DNA of 36,491 nucleotides from Promethearchaeota archaeon (GTDB lineage Archaea; Asgardarchaeota; Lokiarchaeia; Sigyniarchaeales; SOKP01): NCBI GenBank assembly GCA_018238625.1, contig JABCSY010000035.1, positions 1 to 36,491 of the forward strand, read 5' to 3'. Shown piece by piece: positions 28,739 to 36,491 of this stretch (position 1 is its first letter; each line of letters starts with the position of its first letter). The notes under the pieces were generated by a model. It saw only the letters and a program-made list of their open reading frames with translations, ran no database searches and was not told where the DNA came from. The position numbers and the translations under genes were made by a program.

Positions 28739-29590
28739 GTGAGAAAATTGGAAGAAAATGAAAAGCCTTTAACATCCGAAGAAATTGAAACCCAAAAGAA
28801 GATTGTTGATAAGTTATATAAAAAAGAAAAGGAAGAAAGAGAACAGTACTTAAAAAGTTTCGAAGTAGAACGGAAAGCCGCTTTTGAAGAGAGTAAAGAA
28901 ATGATTTCTGCCTTGATATCCGAGAAAAGTTTCATGAGAGAAAAACAAAGAGAACGAGATTTAGAAAGAATGGAACTAAAACCTGACATTGAACAAACTG
29001 GTGAAGCAATCGAAAAAACCATCGGGGAAAAAGCATTTATGAGAGAAAAACAAAGAGAAGCAGATTTTAAAAGGACAGACTTAAAACCCGACTTTAAAGG
29101 TATTAGCGAAGTAATAAGTAAGATAGTCGATGATAAAGCGTTTTTAATTGAAAAGAAAAGAGAATCTGATATCCAACGATTAAAAATAAAACCTGATATG
29201 GAAAGCACAAGGGAAGCAATTAGTAAAAGTATTAATGAAAAAGCATTTATGATTGAAAAAAAGAAAGAGAGCGATACTCGTCGGTTAGAAATAAAACCAG
29301 ACATCGAACAAGCTGGTGGAGCAATCGAAAAAGCCATCGGAGAAAAAGCGTTTAGAATTGAAAAACAAAAAGAATTAGATCAAAAAAGAATGAATATTAA
29401 ACCTAACTTTGAGCAATCTAGCGAAGCAATCGAAAAAATCATTGAAGAAAAAGCATTTGTTAGAGAAAAACAAAGAGAACGAGATTTAGAAAGAATGGAG
29501 ATTAAACCCGATATAAAAGGTATTAGCTCTAGAATAGAAAGCGAAATTGAAAAAATCGAACAAAAGAAAAAGGATGAAGATCTTACTTAA
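28739..29590 (+). CDS. Highly charged tandem-repeat protein (35-aa repeats)
   Basis: 283 aa; six 35-aa units with consensus EKAFxxEKxRExDxxRxxIKPDxExxxEAIxKxIx. Start GTG 28739 or TTG 28748. Confidence 0.85.
   Translation: MRKLEENEKPLTSEEIETQKKIVDKLYKKEKEEREQYLKSFEVERKAAFEESKEMISALISEKSFMREKQRERDLERMELKPDIEQTGEAIEKTIGEKAFMREKQREADFKRTDLKPDFKGISEVISKIVDDKAFLIEKKRESDIQRLKIKPDMESTREAISKSINEKAFMIEKKKESDTRRLEIKPDIEQAGGAIEKAIGEKAFRIEKQKELDQKRMNIKPNFEQSSEAIEKIIEEKAFVREKQRERDLERMEIKPDIKGISSRIESEIEKIEQKKKDEDLT
28922..29551 (+). repeat. Six tandem 105-bp coding repeats
   Basis: Units start at 28922, 29027, 29132, 29237, 29342 and 29447. Units 1 and 6 share AGAGAAAAACAAAGAGAACGAGATTTAGAAAGAATGGA. Confidence 0.92.
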
Positions 29591-29621
29591 AGACTAAAAT
29601 CTTCTAATGAACTATTGGAAG

Positions 29622-30125
29622 TCATAAATGAATATCAAATTTAAATAACGAATTAAAATTCATATTTTCTAACCTTTTTTTATATTTTAAAATTGATGGA
29701 TCAATATTTCCATTAAAATGATTTATGGCATATTCAAACTTATTATAGAAATCCTCCATAATTTGGTGTAATATTACTCTTTCCACTTGCAAATTTGTTT
29801 TCTTTGTAATAGCAATAACAGATAATCGACCTTTCCTTTCGTACAATATTCGGGTTTCTTTAAAGTTGATTTCTTGAATTTCGTCATTAATTGAACCGGG
29901 ATTGAGTTCGGTTATAAATTGGTTTAAAGCGTTTAAAAAACCACTAATTAAATCACCATGAGACAAAAATTTTGTCTTATTAGTATATTTATTACTTAAC
30001 AGTAACGAGCCAGTTAAATTGTCTAAAAAGTATAAAGCATAAAACCGATTTTCGTTTGAATTAAGTTCTTCTAATTTGAATCCATATGTTGTTTCTATAC
30101 TTCTATTATTCCATTTATACGACAT
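29622..30125 (-). CDS. Longin-like domain protein
   Basis: Beta-hairpin (YALYFLDNLTGSLLLSNKY), helix DLISGFLNALNQF, three strands (IQEINF, RILYE, LSVIAIT), then helix ILHQIMEDFYNKF...FNG. This is the layout of Asgard longin-like domains. Confidence 0.72.
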   Translation of the reverse strand: MSYKWNNRSIETTYGFKLEELNSNENRFYALYFLDNLTGSLLLSNKYTNKTKFLSHGDLISGFLNALNQFITELNPGSINDEIQEINFKETRILYERKGRLSVIAITKKTNLQVERVILHQIMEDFYNKFEYAINHFNGNIDPSILKYKKRLENMNFNSLFKFDIHL

Positions 30126-30342
30126 ATTAATAAGTCTAACGATCTCAAGAATTTTCTTATTAAAAAGTAAAGCCTATCTTGATTTAAAATGTAAATATTA
30201 TCTCAGTGTTATGATAATCTTCGCGCTTTTAAACGATTAACTTCTTGTTTTAAAAATATCACAATAATTAGAAAAAAAAATAAAAATTAAAAACAAACAT
30301 AATTTATTATTAGACATATACTCTTCTTATTACATTTTATTT

Positions 30343-30819
30343 TTGATGAAAATGGTTGTAAATGACAACGAAGGAAAGCAGAAAAACAAAATTTCTGTTG
30401 GTTTAATCATATCAAAAGATGATTTTAATAATACTATTTTTCCTGAAGAGGTAAAAATGGAAATTATTGATACCCCCTACTATCTTTTAATTTTTATTTC
30501 TCGCGAAGATTCGATCAAAATTAGTTGCTTCCCAACTGAAACTAAGAACATTAAAAAAATTTTAATAAAATTAATCGAATTTTCTCCAGATTTAGTTAAA
30601 GGGATATCTACAGTGTTAGGCGAGCTTAATTTAAGTCGAGATATCTTACATACCACGGGAATATGCTATGAGCTTGAAAAGTGTTTCTATGAAACTTATC
30701 TACTTGGAGACTCACTAAGTTCAGGGGGCATTTCTAACGAGGCAATAAAGGAAAACTTTCTGGCAATTGATAAAGTTGTTAACGTTGAAATTGAAGATAT
30801 TTCAATTCATAACGAATAG
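30343..30819 (+). CDS. Hypothetical protein with possible C-terminal ACT-like domain
   Basis: The C-terminal ~85 aa read as beta-alpha-beta-beta-alpha-beta (KILIKL, DLVKGISTVL, ILHTTG, FYETYL, AIKENFLAIDKVVNVEIE). Confidence 0.65.
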   Translation: MMKMVVNDNEGKQKNKISVGLIISKDDFNNTIFPEEVKMEIIDTPYYLLIFISREDSIKISCFPTETKNIKKILIKLIEFSPDLVKGISTVLGELNLSRDILHTTGICYELEKCFYETYLLGDSLSSGGISNEAIKENFLAIDKVVNVEIEDISIHNE

Positions 30820-30831
30820 AATTATTGAAAC

Positions 30832-31038
30832 ATGGACAATAAAAAAATTCCCCCGCCTCCAACGCTCCCACCAAATTTTACGGTTTCAGAAAAATTTTGT
30901 TTGTTACATAAAGGTGAATTGTCAGAAGAAAATTATACTTGCCCGAAATGCAAAACTAAATACTGTTTAAAATGCGCAAAAAAAGCCAAAATTGAAGGAA
31001 AATCGTGCGTAAAGTGTAAACAATTAATATTACTGTAA
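30832..31038 (+). CDS. Small RING-like double-zinc-finger protein with N-terminal polyproline
   Basis: PPPPTLPP followed by C-x2-H-x10-C-x2-C-x4-C-x2-C-x10-C-x2-C; 12 nt downstream of the previous gene. Confidence 0.75.
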   Translation: MDNKKIPPPPTLPPNFTVSEKFCLLHKGELSEENYTCPKCKTKYCLKCAKKAKIEGKSCVKCKQLILL

Positions 31039-31073
31039 TTTTTTTCCTTTAAAAACTTAAAAACTCGTTGTCG

Positions 31074-31472
31074 TTATCCAGTTTTGATCGAGCTTAAGCT
31101 ACGCCATGTTTTCCAAAATATTAACCATAAAATTATGAAAATAAAAATCGTAGTAGCAAATGAGTAGCCCCCAATAAAGAGATCAACAAAAATTAAAAAT
31201 GGAATACCCGCGCTCGCGAACCCTATTAAGTAACCGTATCCCCAATATCTATTAACTATGGCTATAATCACCCCAGGGATTATTGTCGTAACTATGATTG
31301 ATAAAAACGCTAGAACTTCTATCGCTCGAGGAGCATCTAAAATAAAGAGCATATTAAACCACGATGCGATAAAACCTATAGCGGCAAATAATAACGTCCA
31401 AATCTCTAACTTTAGGTCAGGCTCCGCTTTTTCTCTCTCTTTGTTTATTTCGTTGTTTTCCGTTACCATCAA
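31074..31472 (-). CDS. Small integral membrane protein (about 4 TM)
   Basis: Four hydrophobic segments in 132 aa. Confidence 0.8.
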   Translation of the reverse strand: MMVTENNEINKEREKAEPDLKLEIWTLLFAAIGFIASWFNMLFILDAPRAIEVLAFLSIIVTTIIPGVIIAIVNRYWGYGYLIGFASAGIPFLIFVDLFIGGYSFATTIFIFIILWLIFWKTWRSLSSIKTG

Positions 31473-31738
31473 AATTCCTTTTGTTTTTTTTTGTTGTATG
31501 TGATAATTAAACCATATTTAAAAAATTATTAACAAATCAAATCAATGAGAACAATATTGTAATTGTTATGATTCTAATCAAACTATTAGCAATTATTAGA
31601 CAAAAGTTTCAAAATATCAACAATTCTTTTAAATAGCACTAACGATATTAAATACTTAAGATAAAAATATATATGTCTAAAACATATAATAATCGTAGAA
31701 GATAAGAATTAATAGACAAAGTAATATAAATTAAAGCT

Positions 31739-31883
31739 AAATAAAATAGGGAATTTATATAAAACCATGACTCCTGCCCCACCCTGGATTTTTGTCTTTT
31801 GGTAGTGTGTTTAACACACTTATTTCGCCCTACTCCCCCTATTTTATTTCTGACCTTATCATTAGGTCGAGGTGGCAGGAGTC
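31739..31883. ncRNA. Candidate structured RNA or inverted-repeat element
   Basis: GC-rich island with stems 31769-31778/31874-31883, 31739-31751/31837-31849, 31804-31820 and 31852-31868. Confidence 0.45.
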
Positions 31884-32162
31884 TCCCTTTAATATCGACT
31901 TTATTTGATTATAATTTGTTCTGTGAGGTTTTTAAAAATAACATTTATCTGAAAATATCTTAATTTTAGACGAAGATAAGGCTTGAACTAAAAAAATTGT
32001 CGGATTTTAATAATTTTTTAGCTCTTTTTTAATAACAAATAATATTGATAATACTACTAATAATACGAAAGGTACGAAAACAAATAAATACAATAATGTT
32101 TTAATCAAATAAACTATTTGTTAAACAAAATTTTGTTAAAAAAATAACTTAAATTGATACTT

Positions 32163-33863
32163 ATGACAGAAGAAATTATAAGACGAACTACAAGCATATG
32201 TCCAGAATGTTTACAACTTGTCGCAGCGGAAATCTATGTCGATCCTGAAACTAACTGGGTCATGATGAGAAAAAATTGTGAAGAACACGGCGACTTTAAA
32301 GATAAACTCTCAATTGATCCCGATGATTACAAACGGAATGAGACTTATACGGACGATATTGGTTCTACTATAAATAATTCTACTAAACCTGAATATACAA
32401 GCTCAGGAATAAAAAAAACTGATAAAGGATGCCCATACGATTGCGGACTCTGCGAAAATCATCAAAGCGCTCCTAACATTTGCCTTATTGACATTACTAA
32501 TCGTTGTAATTTAACGTGTCCAATTTGTTTTGCGAACGCAAGCGCGAAAGGGTATGTTGTAGAACCCACATTTGATCAACTTGTTCAAATAATGAAACAC
32601 TTCAGGTCAATGAAACCCATTGGTGCTGTTATGCTACAAATATCCGGTGGAGAACCCACTATTAGAGACGACCTTCCAGACATAATTCGTAAAGGGAAAG
32701 AACTTGGTTTTATTGAAGTTATGGTCACAACTAACGGTGTCAGATTTGCAAAATCTATTGACTTCTTACAACAATGTAAAGATGCCGGGATGGACGCCAT
32801 ATATTTACAGTTTGATGCAACTGACGATCCAGAAGTCTGGAAAAAGATACGGGGAGTTAACCTATGGCCTCTAAAAAAGCGAGTAATCGAAAATTGTCGA
32901 AAGTTAGGGTACTTTGGGTTAATGCTAGTTCCGGTAATAGCTAAAGGCGTTAACGACCACCAAGTAGGAAATATTTTAGATTACGCAAGGGATAATAGCG
33001 ATGTGGTTTCTGGAGTAGTATTCCAACCCGTTTCTCTCTGTGGACGAATAAGTTTTGAGGAATTAATGGATTTAAGATATACAACTTCAGATCTTAAGGT
33101 AGCAATTAATAAACACACAAATAATGCAATACCAAGATTTTATCCAATAGCATTTACAGCAAAAATGACTAGATTATTAGCTTGGTTCGATAACGTGCCA
33201 GAGTTTAGTATGACGAGCCACAAAGATTGCGGATTCGCTAATATCATAATAATTGACGAAAAAGAGCAGTGGAGGTCGATCGACCATTATTTTGACGCGG
33301 AAGGGCTTGTAAAATGGTCAAATAAAGTTTACGACATGGTTCAAGGAAAAGAAATTCCAAAACCTACGGGATTCTTAAAAGGTATAAACATAGAAGATTA
33401 TGGCGCTGTTGCCAGTACTGTTGGAAAATTCATTGACGATATGACCGACCTCGGATATCGGCAGATGATGAAAGCTTACTATTTTGCAGGCGCAGTTAAG
33501 TTTATAAAGCAACCAGAGAAATTCTTAACCAGCAAAACTTATCAAGGTTTTGTACGATTGATCGTGTCTCCGAATTTAGCCTCTGCGGCGAATATCTTGC
33601 ATACTCGTAATCTAATGGTAAGTGCCATGCATTTCCAAGACGCTTACAACTTTGATCTCGATAGAGTTTGCAAATGTTTGGTACACTATGGCGTAATTGA
33701 CCCTGAAGACCATTCTAAGGTATTAGAGATTCCCTTTTGTGCAATGAATACTTTACATCGTGAGCGCATCGAAATGGGCAATGTAATTTCAGACCAAGCT
33801 GCTAAAAAGCCAGAAGTTATCCAAGCTGAAATAAAGGAATTGTTAGAAACCGTTAAAGAATAA
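32163..33863 (+). CDS. tes: Tetraether lipid synthase (Tes/GDGT-MAS) radical SAM enzyme
   Basis: N-terminal TTSICPEC...KNCEEHGDF, GCPYDCGLCENH, radical SAM RCNLTCPICFAN, SGGEPT, YLQFD, HKDCG, MHFQDAYNFDLDRVCKCLVHY, IPFCAMN. ATG at 32163 is preferred over TTG at 32154. Confidence 0.88.
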   Translation: MTEEIIRRTTSICPECLQLVAAEIYVDPETNWVMMRKNCEEHGDFKDKLSIDPDDYKRNETYTDDIGSTINNSTKPEYTSSGIKKTDKGCPYDCGLCENHQSAPNICLIDITNRCNLTCPICFANASAKGYVVEPTFDQLVQIMKHFRSMKPIGAVMLQISGGEPTIRDDLPDIIRKGKELGFIEVMVTTNGVRFAKSIDFLQQCKDAGMDAIYLQFDATDDPEVWKKIRGVNLWPLKKRVIENCRKLGYFGLMLVPVIAKGVNDHQVGNILDYARDNSDVVSGVVFQPVSLCGRISFEELMDLRYTTSDLKVAINKHTNNAIPRFYPIAFTAKMTRLLAWFDNVPEFSMTSHKDCGFANIIIIDEKEQWRSIDHYFDAEGLVKWSNKVYDMVQGKEIPKPTGFLKGINIEDYGAVASTVGKFIDDMTDLGYRQMMKAYYFAGAVKFIKQPEKFLTSKTYQGFVRLIVSPNLASAANILHTRNLMVSAMHFQDAYNFDLDRVCKCLVHYGVIDPEDHSKVLEIPFCAMNTLHRERIEMGNVISDQAAKKPEVIQAEIKELLETVKE

Positions 33864-33890
33864 TTTTTTTTCTTTAAATTTTTTATTGCT
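33862..33890 (+). terminator. Oligo-T archaeal terminator after tes
   Basis: TTTTTTTTCTTT...TTTTTTT directly after the TAA stop. Confidence 0.5.
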
Positions 33891-34121
33891 TTACTACTAA
33901 TTTTTAATTTTTATCTAATTTGAAAGGAATTAATGTGAGAAAAAAACTTTAAGATTCCTCAGTTTTTAATGCTAAAATATGTATTTCTTTTAACTATAGA
34001 CCAAATATTTTATTAATAATAATTGAGAAAGTTAATTTTGAAATAGTAATTCTAAATTATAATTTAAATACAACAATTAAATTATTAACTATAATAATAA
34101 GATAAGGTGAAAAAGGCTACT

Positions 34122-35861
34122 ATGACTATTTTATTAAATCCTAAACAACATAAAAGGTATTATCCGGACGCGAAGTCAAAAGACATTATGCTTAAAACCA
34201 TAGAATTTTTCGAAAACAAAGGGAAAGCAAAACTTAAGGAGGATGATCAGAAGCGAGTATGGTATTCTGATTTCCTTGAATTTCAAAAAAAAAATAAAAT
34301 TTTTGCCCAACTATTAACCCCGTCTCAATACGGGGAAGACGAGACTTATCGATGGGATACGTGGAGAATATGTGAGTTTAATGAAATTATTGCGTTTTAT
34401 GGATTGGCTTATTGGTATACTTGGCAAGTTTCAATTTTAGGACTCGGACCTATTTGGATGAGTAAAAACGAAAAAGCAAAGGAGAAAGCAGCAAAATTAA
34501 TTAAGGAAGGTGCTATATTTGCGTTTGGACTATCTGAACAAGCACATGGAGCAGATATTTATGGCACTGAAATGGCATTAACGCCTCAAGAAGATGGTTC
34601 GTATAGGGCTAATGGAGAAAAGTATTATATTGGCAATGGTAACGAAGCAGCAATGGTCTCAAACTTTGGTAAACTTGCTGATAAAGACGGTAATATCCCT
34701 CCCTATGACATGAAAAATAAAGAACAATACGTATTCTTTGTAGCAAATTATAAACATAAAAACTATGAGTTAATAAAAAATGTCTGCGACAGTCAAAATT
34801 ACGTTGCAAATTTTGCACTTCACGATTATCCCATAACCGAAGAAGATATTCTTTCCAAAGGAGAGGAGGCGTGGAATTCATCCCTTAACACGGTTAACGT
34901 GGGGAAATATAATTTAGGATGGGCTTCAATAGGACTTTGTACACATGCATTTTATGAAGCAATTCATCACGCAGCTAATCGTAGGCTCTATAATATGTAT
35001 GTGACTGATTTTCAGCATGTTAAACAAAACTTTGTTGATGCTTATACTCGTTTAGTCGCTATGAAATTGTTTGGACTAAGAACGGCTGATTATATGAGAA
35101 TAGCATCTGATAAAGACCGTCGGTATCTACTTTATGCTCCTGCTATGAAAATGAAAACGACAACTCAAGGAGAGGAAGTAATCAATCTTTTATGGGATGT
35201 GATTGCGGCAAAAGGGTTCGAAAAAAATATGTTTTTTGAAAGCGCTGCAAGGGATATTCGTGCTTTACCGAAACTTGAAGGCACCGTTCATGTGAATATC
35301 GCATTAATTTTGAAATTTATGATGAATTTCTTTATGAATCATAAAAAATATGAGGAAATTCCAAGACAAGATCAAGTTAAAGACGATGCATTCCTTTTTA
35401 ATCAAGGTCCAACTCGTGGGTTGGGAAGGGTTCGTTTTCACGATTGGAAACCTGCGTTTGAGCAATACGATTTACCCAATGTCAAAATATTTTTGGAGCA
35501 AATTAAGATATTCAACCTTATGGGGGTAAAGGCTATGCCTAGTGCCGAGCAACAAAAAGATATGGACTTCATGCTTTCAGGGATTGGCGAAATCTTTTCT
35601 CTTGTTGTATATGCCCATTTAATCGTTGAAAACGCTAAAATATATGATATTGATGAAGATACTGTAGACCAAATATTTGATTTTCTAGTGAGAGACTTTT
35701 CCAAATACGCATTAAATCTATATAATAAATCTAGTACTACTCCTGAACAGATGGAATGGTGCTTGAAGATGATTAAGAAACCAAATGTCGACCCTGAGCG
35801 TTTTGGTAAAGTGTGGGACACAGTTCATTCATTAAAGGACGCATATGAAATGAACGAATAA
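34122..35861 (+). CDS. Acyl-CoA dehydrogenase
   Basis: AFGLSEQAHGAD, ANGEKYYIGN, IAAKGFE, LPKLEGT. ATG at 34122 follows the SD-like AAGGTGA; the track uses the GTG at 34107. Confidence 0.92.
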   Translation: MTILLNPKQHKRYYPDAKSKDIMLKTIEFFENKGKAKLKEDDQKRVWYSDFLEFQKKNKIFAQLLTPSQYGEDETYRWDTWRICEFNEIIAFYGLAYWYTWQVSILGLGPIWMSKNEKAKEKAAKLIKEGAIFAFGLSEQAHGADIYGTEMALTPQEDGSYRANGEKYYIGNGNEAAMVSNFGKLADKDGNIPPYDMKNKEQYVFFVANYKHKNYELIKNVCDSQNYVANFALHDYPITEEDILSKGEEAWNSSLNTVNVGKYNLGWASIGLCTHAFYEAIHHAANRRLYNMYVTDFQHVKQNFVDAYTRLVAMKLFGLRTADYMRIASDKDRRYLLYAPAMKMKTTTQGEEVINLLWDVIAAKGFEKNMFFESAARDIRALPKLEGTVHVNIALILKFMMNFFMNHKKYEEIPRQDQVKDDAFLFNQGPTRGLGRVRFHDWKPAFEQYDLPNVKIFLEQIKIFNLMGVKAMPSAEQQKDMDFMLSGIGEIFSLVVYAHLIVENAKIYDIDEDTVDQIFDFLVRDFSKYALNLYNKSSTTPEQMEWCLKMIKKPNVDPERFGKVWDTVHSLKDAYEMNE

Positions 35862-36224
35862 TATTAAACATTTTTCTTTTATTTTTTTTATCTTTAATCT
35901 TAATATAGCTTAATTCCAATTTTTAAATTTTTTTTCTAATTTTTAAGGGATTAATTAATATTAATGAAATTACATCCTAATTTCGAAAGTAAAAGCGTTT
36001 TATTACTTTAAATAAACAACTAACATGAGTTTTGCTAGGAAGAAAAATAGTTCGTATTAGGGAAATAAAACTAACTTTAAAAAAAAAACCTTAAAAGCTT
36101 TAAAAATTCTAAAAATATAGAGCTAAGCAACATGGAGATTTTTGGAAATAAATTAGCTTTTTAAGCTTAACATTAATATCTAAAGTTATAACACGTATAA
36201 AAATGATTTGTTAATTCAAACTCT

Positions 36225-36491
36225 ATGGCAAATAATTCGGAAATAATAGGGGAATATAGGGGAAAAGTTAAAAATAGAGTGCTAACTGCGTTATTGCAAT
36301 CTTATTTAGATAGCTTAGATTACGATGGTATGAAATCAATATTAAGAGAAGCCGAATTATTGGAACTAAAAGATATAAGAGATGTAGATCCCGATGGTGT
36401 AATTGACTTTTTTTCTTTTAAAAAAATAATATCTGCTCAAAATTGTTTGTTGTACGATTCTACTAAATTATTATACGAAATTGGACGGAAA
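36225..36491 (+). CDS. Partial ORF running off the window edge, possibly V4R/H-NOX-like
   Basis: 89 open codons: MANNSEIIGEYRGKVKNRVLTALLQSYLDSLDYDGMKSILREAELLELKDIRDVDPDGVIDFFSFKKIISAQNCLLYDSTKLLYEIGRK. The family call is weak. Confidence 0.6.
   Translation, partial: MANNSEIIGEYRGKVKNRVLTALLQSYLDSLDYDGMKSILREAELLELKDIRDVDPDGVIDFFSFKKIISAQNCLLYDSTKLLYEIGRK

Noticed and set aside
28735-29337. 200-aa antisense ORF with hydrophobic periodicity
   Set aside because: Mirror of the Glu/Lys-rich repeat gene; GAA/AAA codons read as Phe/Ser on the opposite strand.
28922-29551. Regularly spaced DNA repeats as a possible CRISPR array
   Set aside because: In-frame 105-bp coding units that diverge at synonymous sites; no unique spacers and no cas genes.
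30767-30970. 67-aa ORF overlapping the ACT-like and RING genes
   Set aside because: Alternative frame over two better-supported genes.
31767-31805. 12-aa ORF MTPAPPWIFVFW inside the structured element as an attenuator leader
   Set aside because: Too short to distinguish from chance, no ribosome-binding site, and no aromatic amino acid genes downstream.
31769-31883. Structured element as SECIS, tRNA or Moco riboswitch
   Set aside because: No tandem GA quartet or nearby in-frame UGA gene, no T-loop/cloverleaf, and only a short GACCTAA...TAAGGTC resemblance without the other Moco motif parts as I recall them.
681-35821. Remaining short track ORFs nested antisense within long genes (e.g. 681-869, 3901-4140, 9716-10066, 11095-11388, 21487-21783, 35438-35821)
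   Set aside because: Shadow frames of well-supported genes with no independent coding signal.

Overview
AT-rich archaeal chromosome segment, most likely Asgard (Lokiarchaeia-like). This is inferred from archaeal core genes (aIF2-gamma, TFS, form III RuBisCO, ribose-1,5-bisphosphate isomerase, tetraether lipid synthase Tes) together with eukaryotic-signature-type genes (ribosomal protein eL22, a longin-like domain, a RING-like zinc finger). About 32 CDS can be supported. No rRNA, intact tRNA, CRISPR array, transposase or integrase was seen. The most striking observations: (1) a protein built from six exact 35-aa tandem repeats plus a seventh degenerate module with nebulin-like spacing, sitting next to longin, ACT-like and polyproline-RING genes; (2) a heterodimeric ABC exporter with a ~220-aa Met-rich insertion inside one nucleotide-binding domain; (3) a GC-rich element with crossing inverted repeats upstream of tes; (4) an LRR protein with a duplicated Cys/His C-terminal module; (5) aIF2-gamma fused to an N-terminal HhH domain; (6) an R15P isomerase that appears to need an ATA/ATT start. 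All family calls come from motif recognition by eye; no searches were run.
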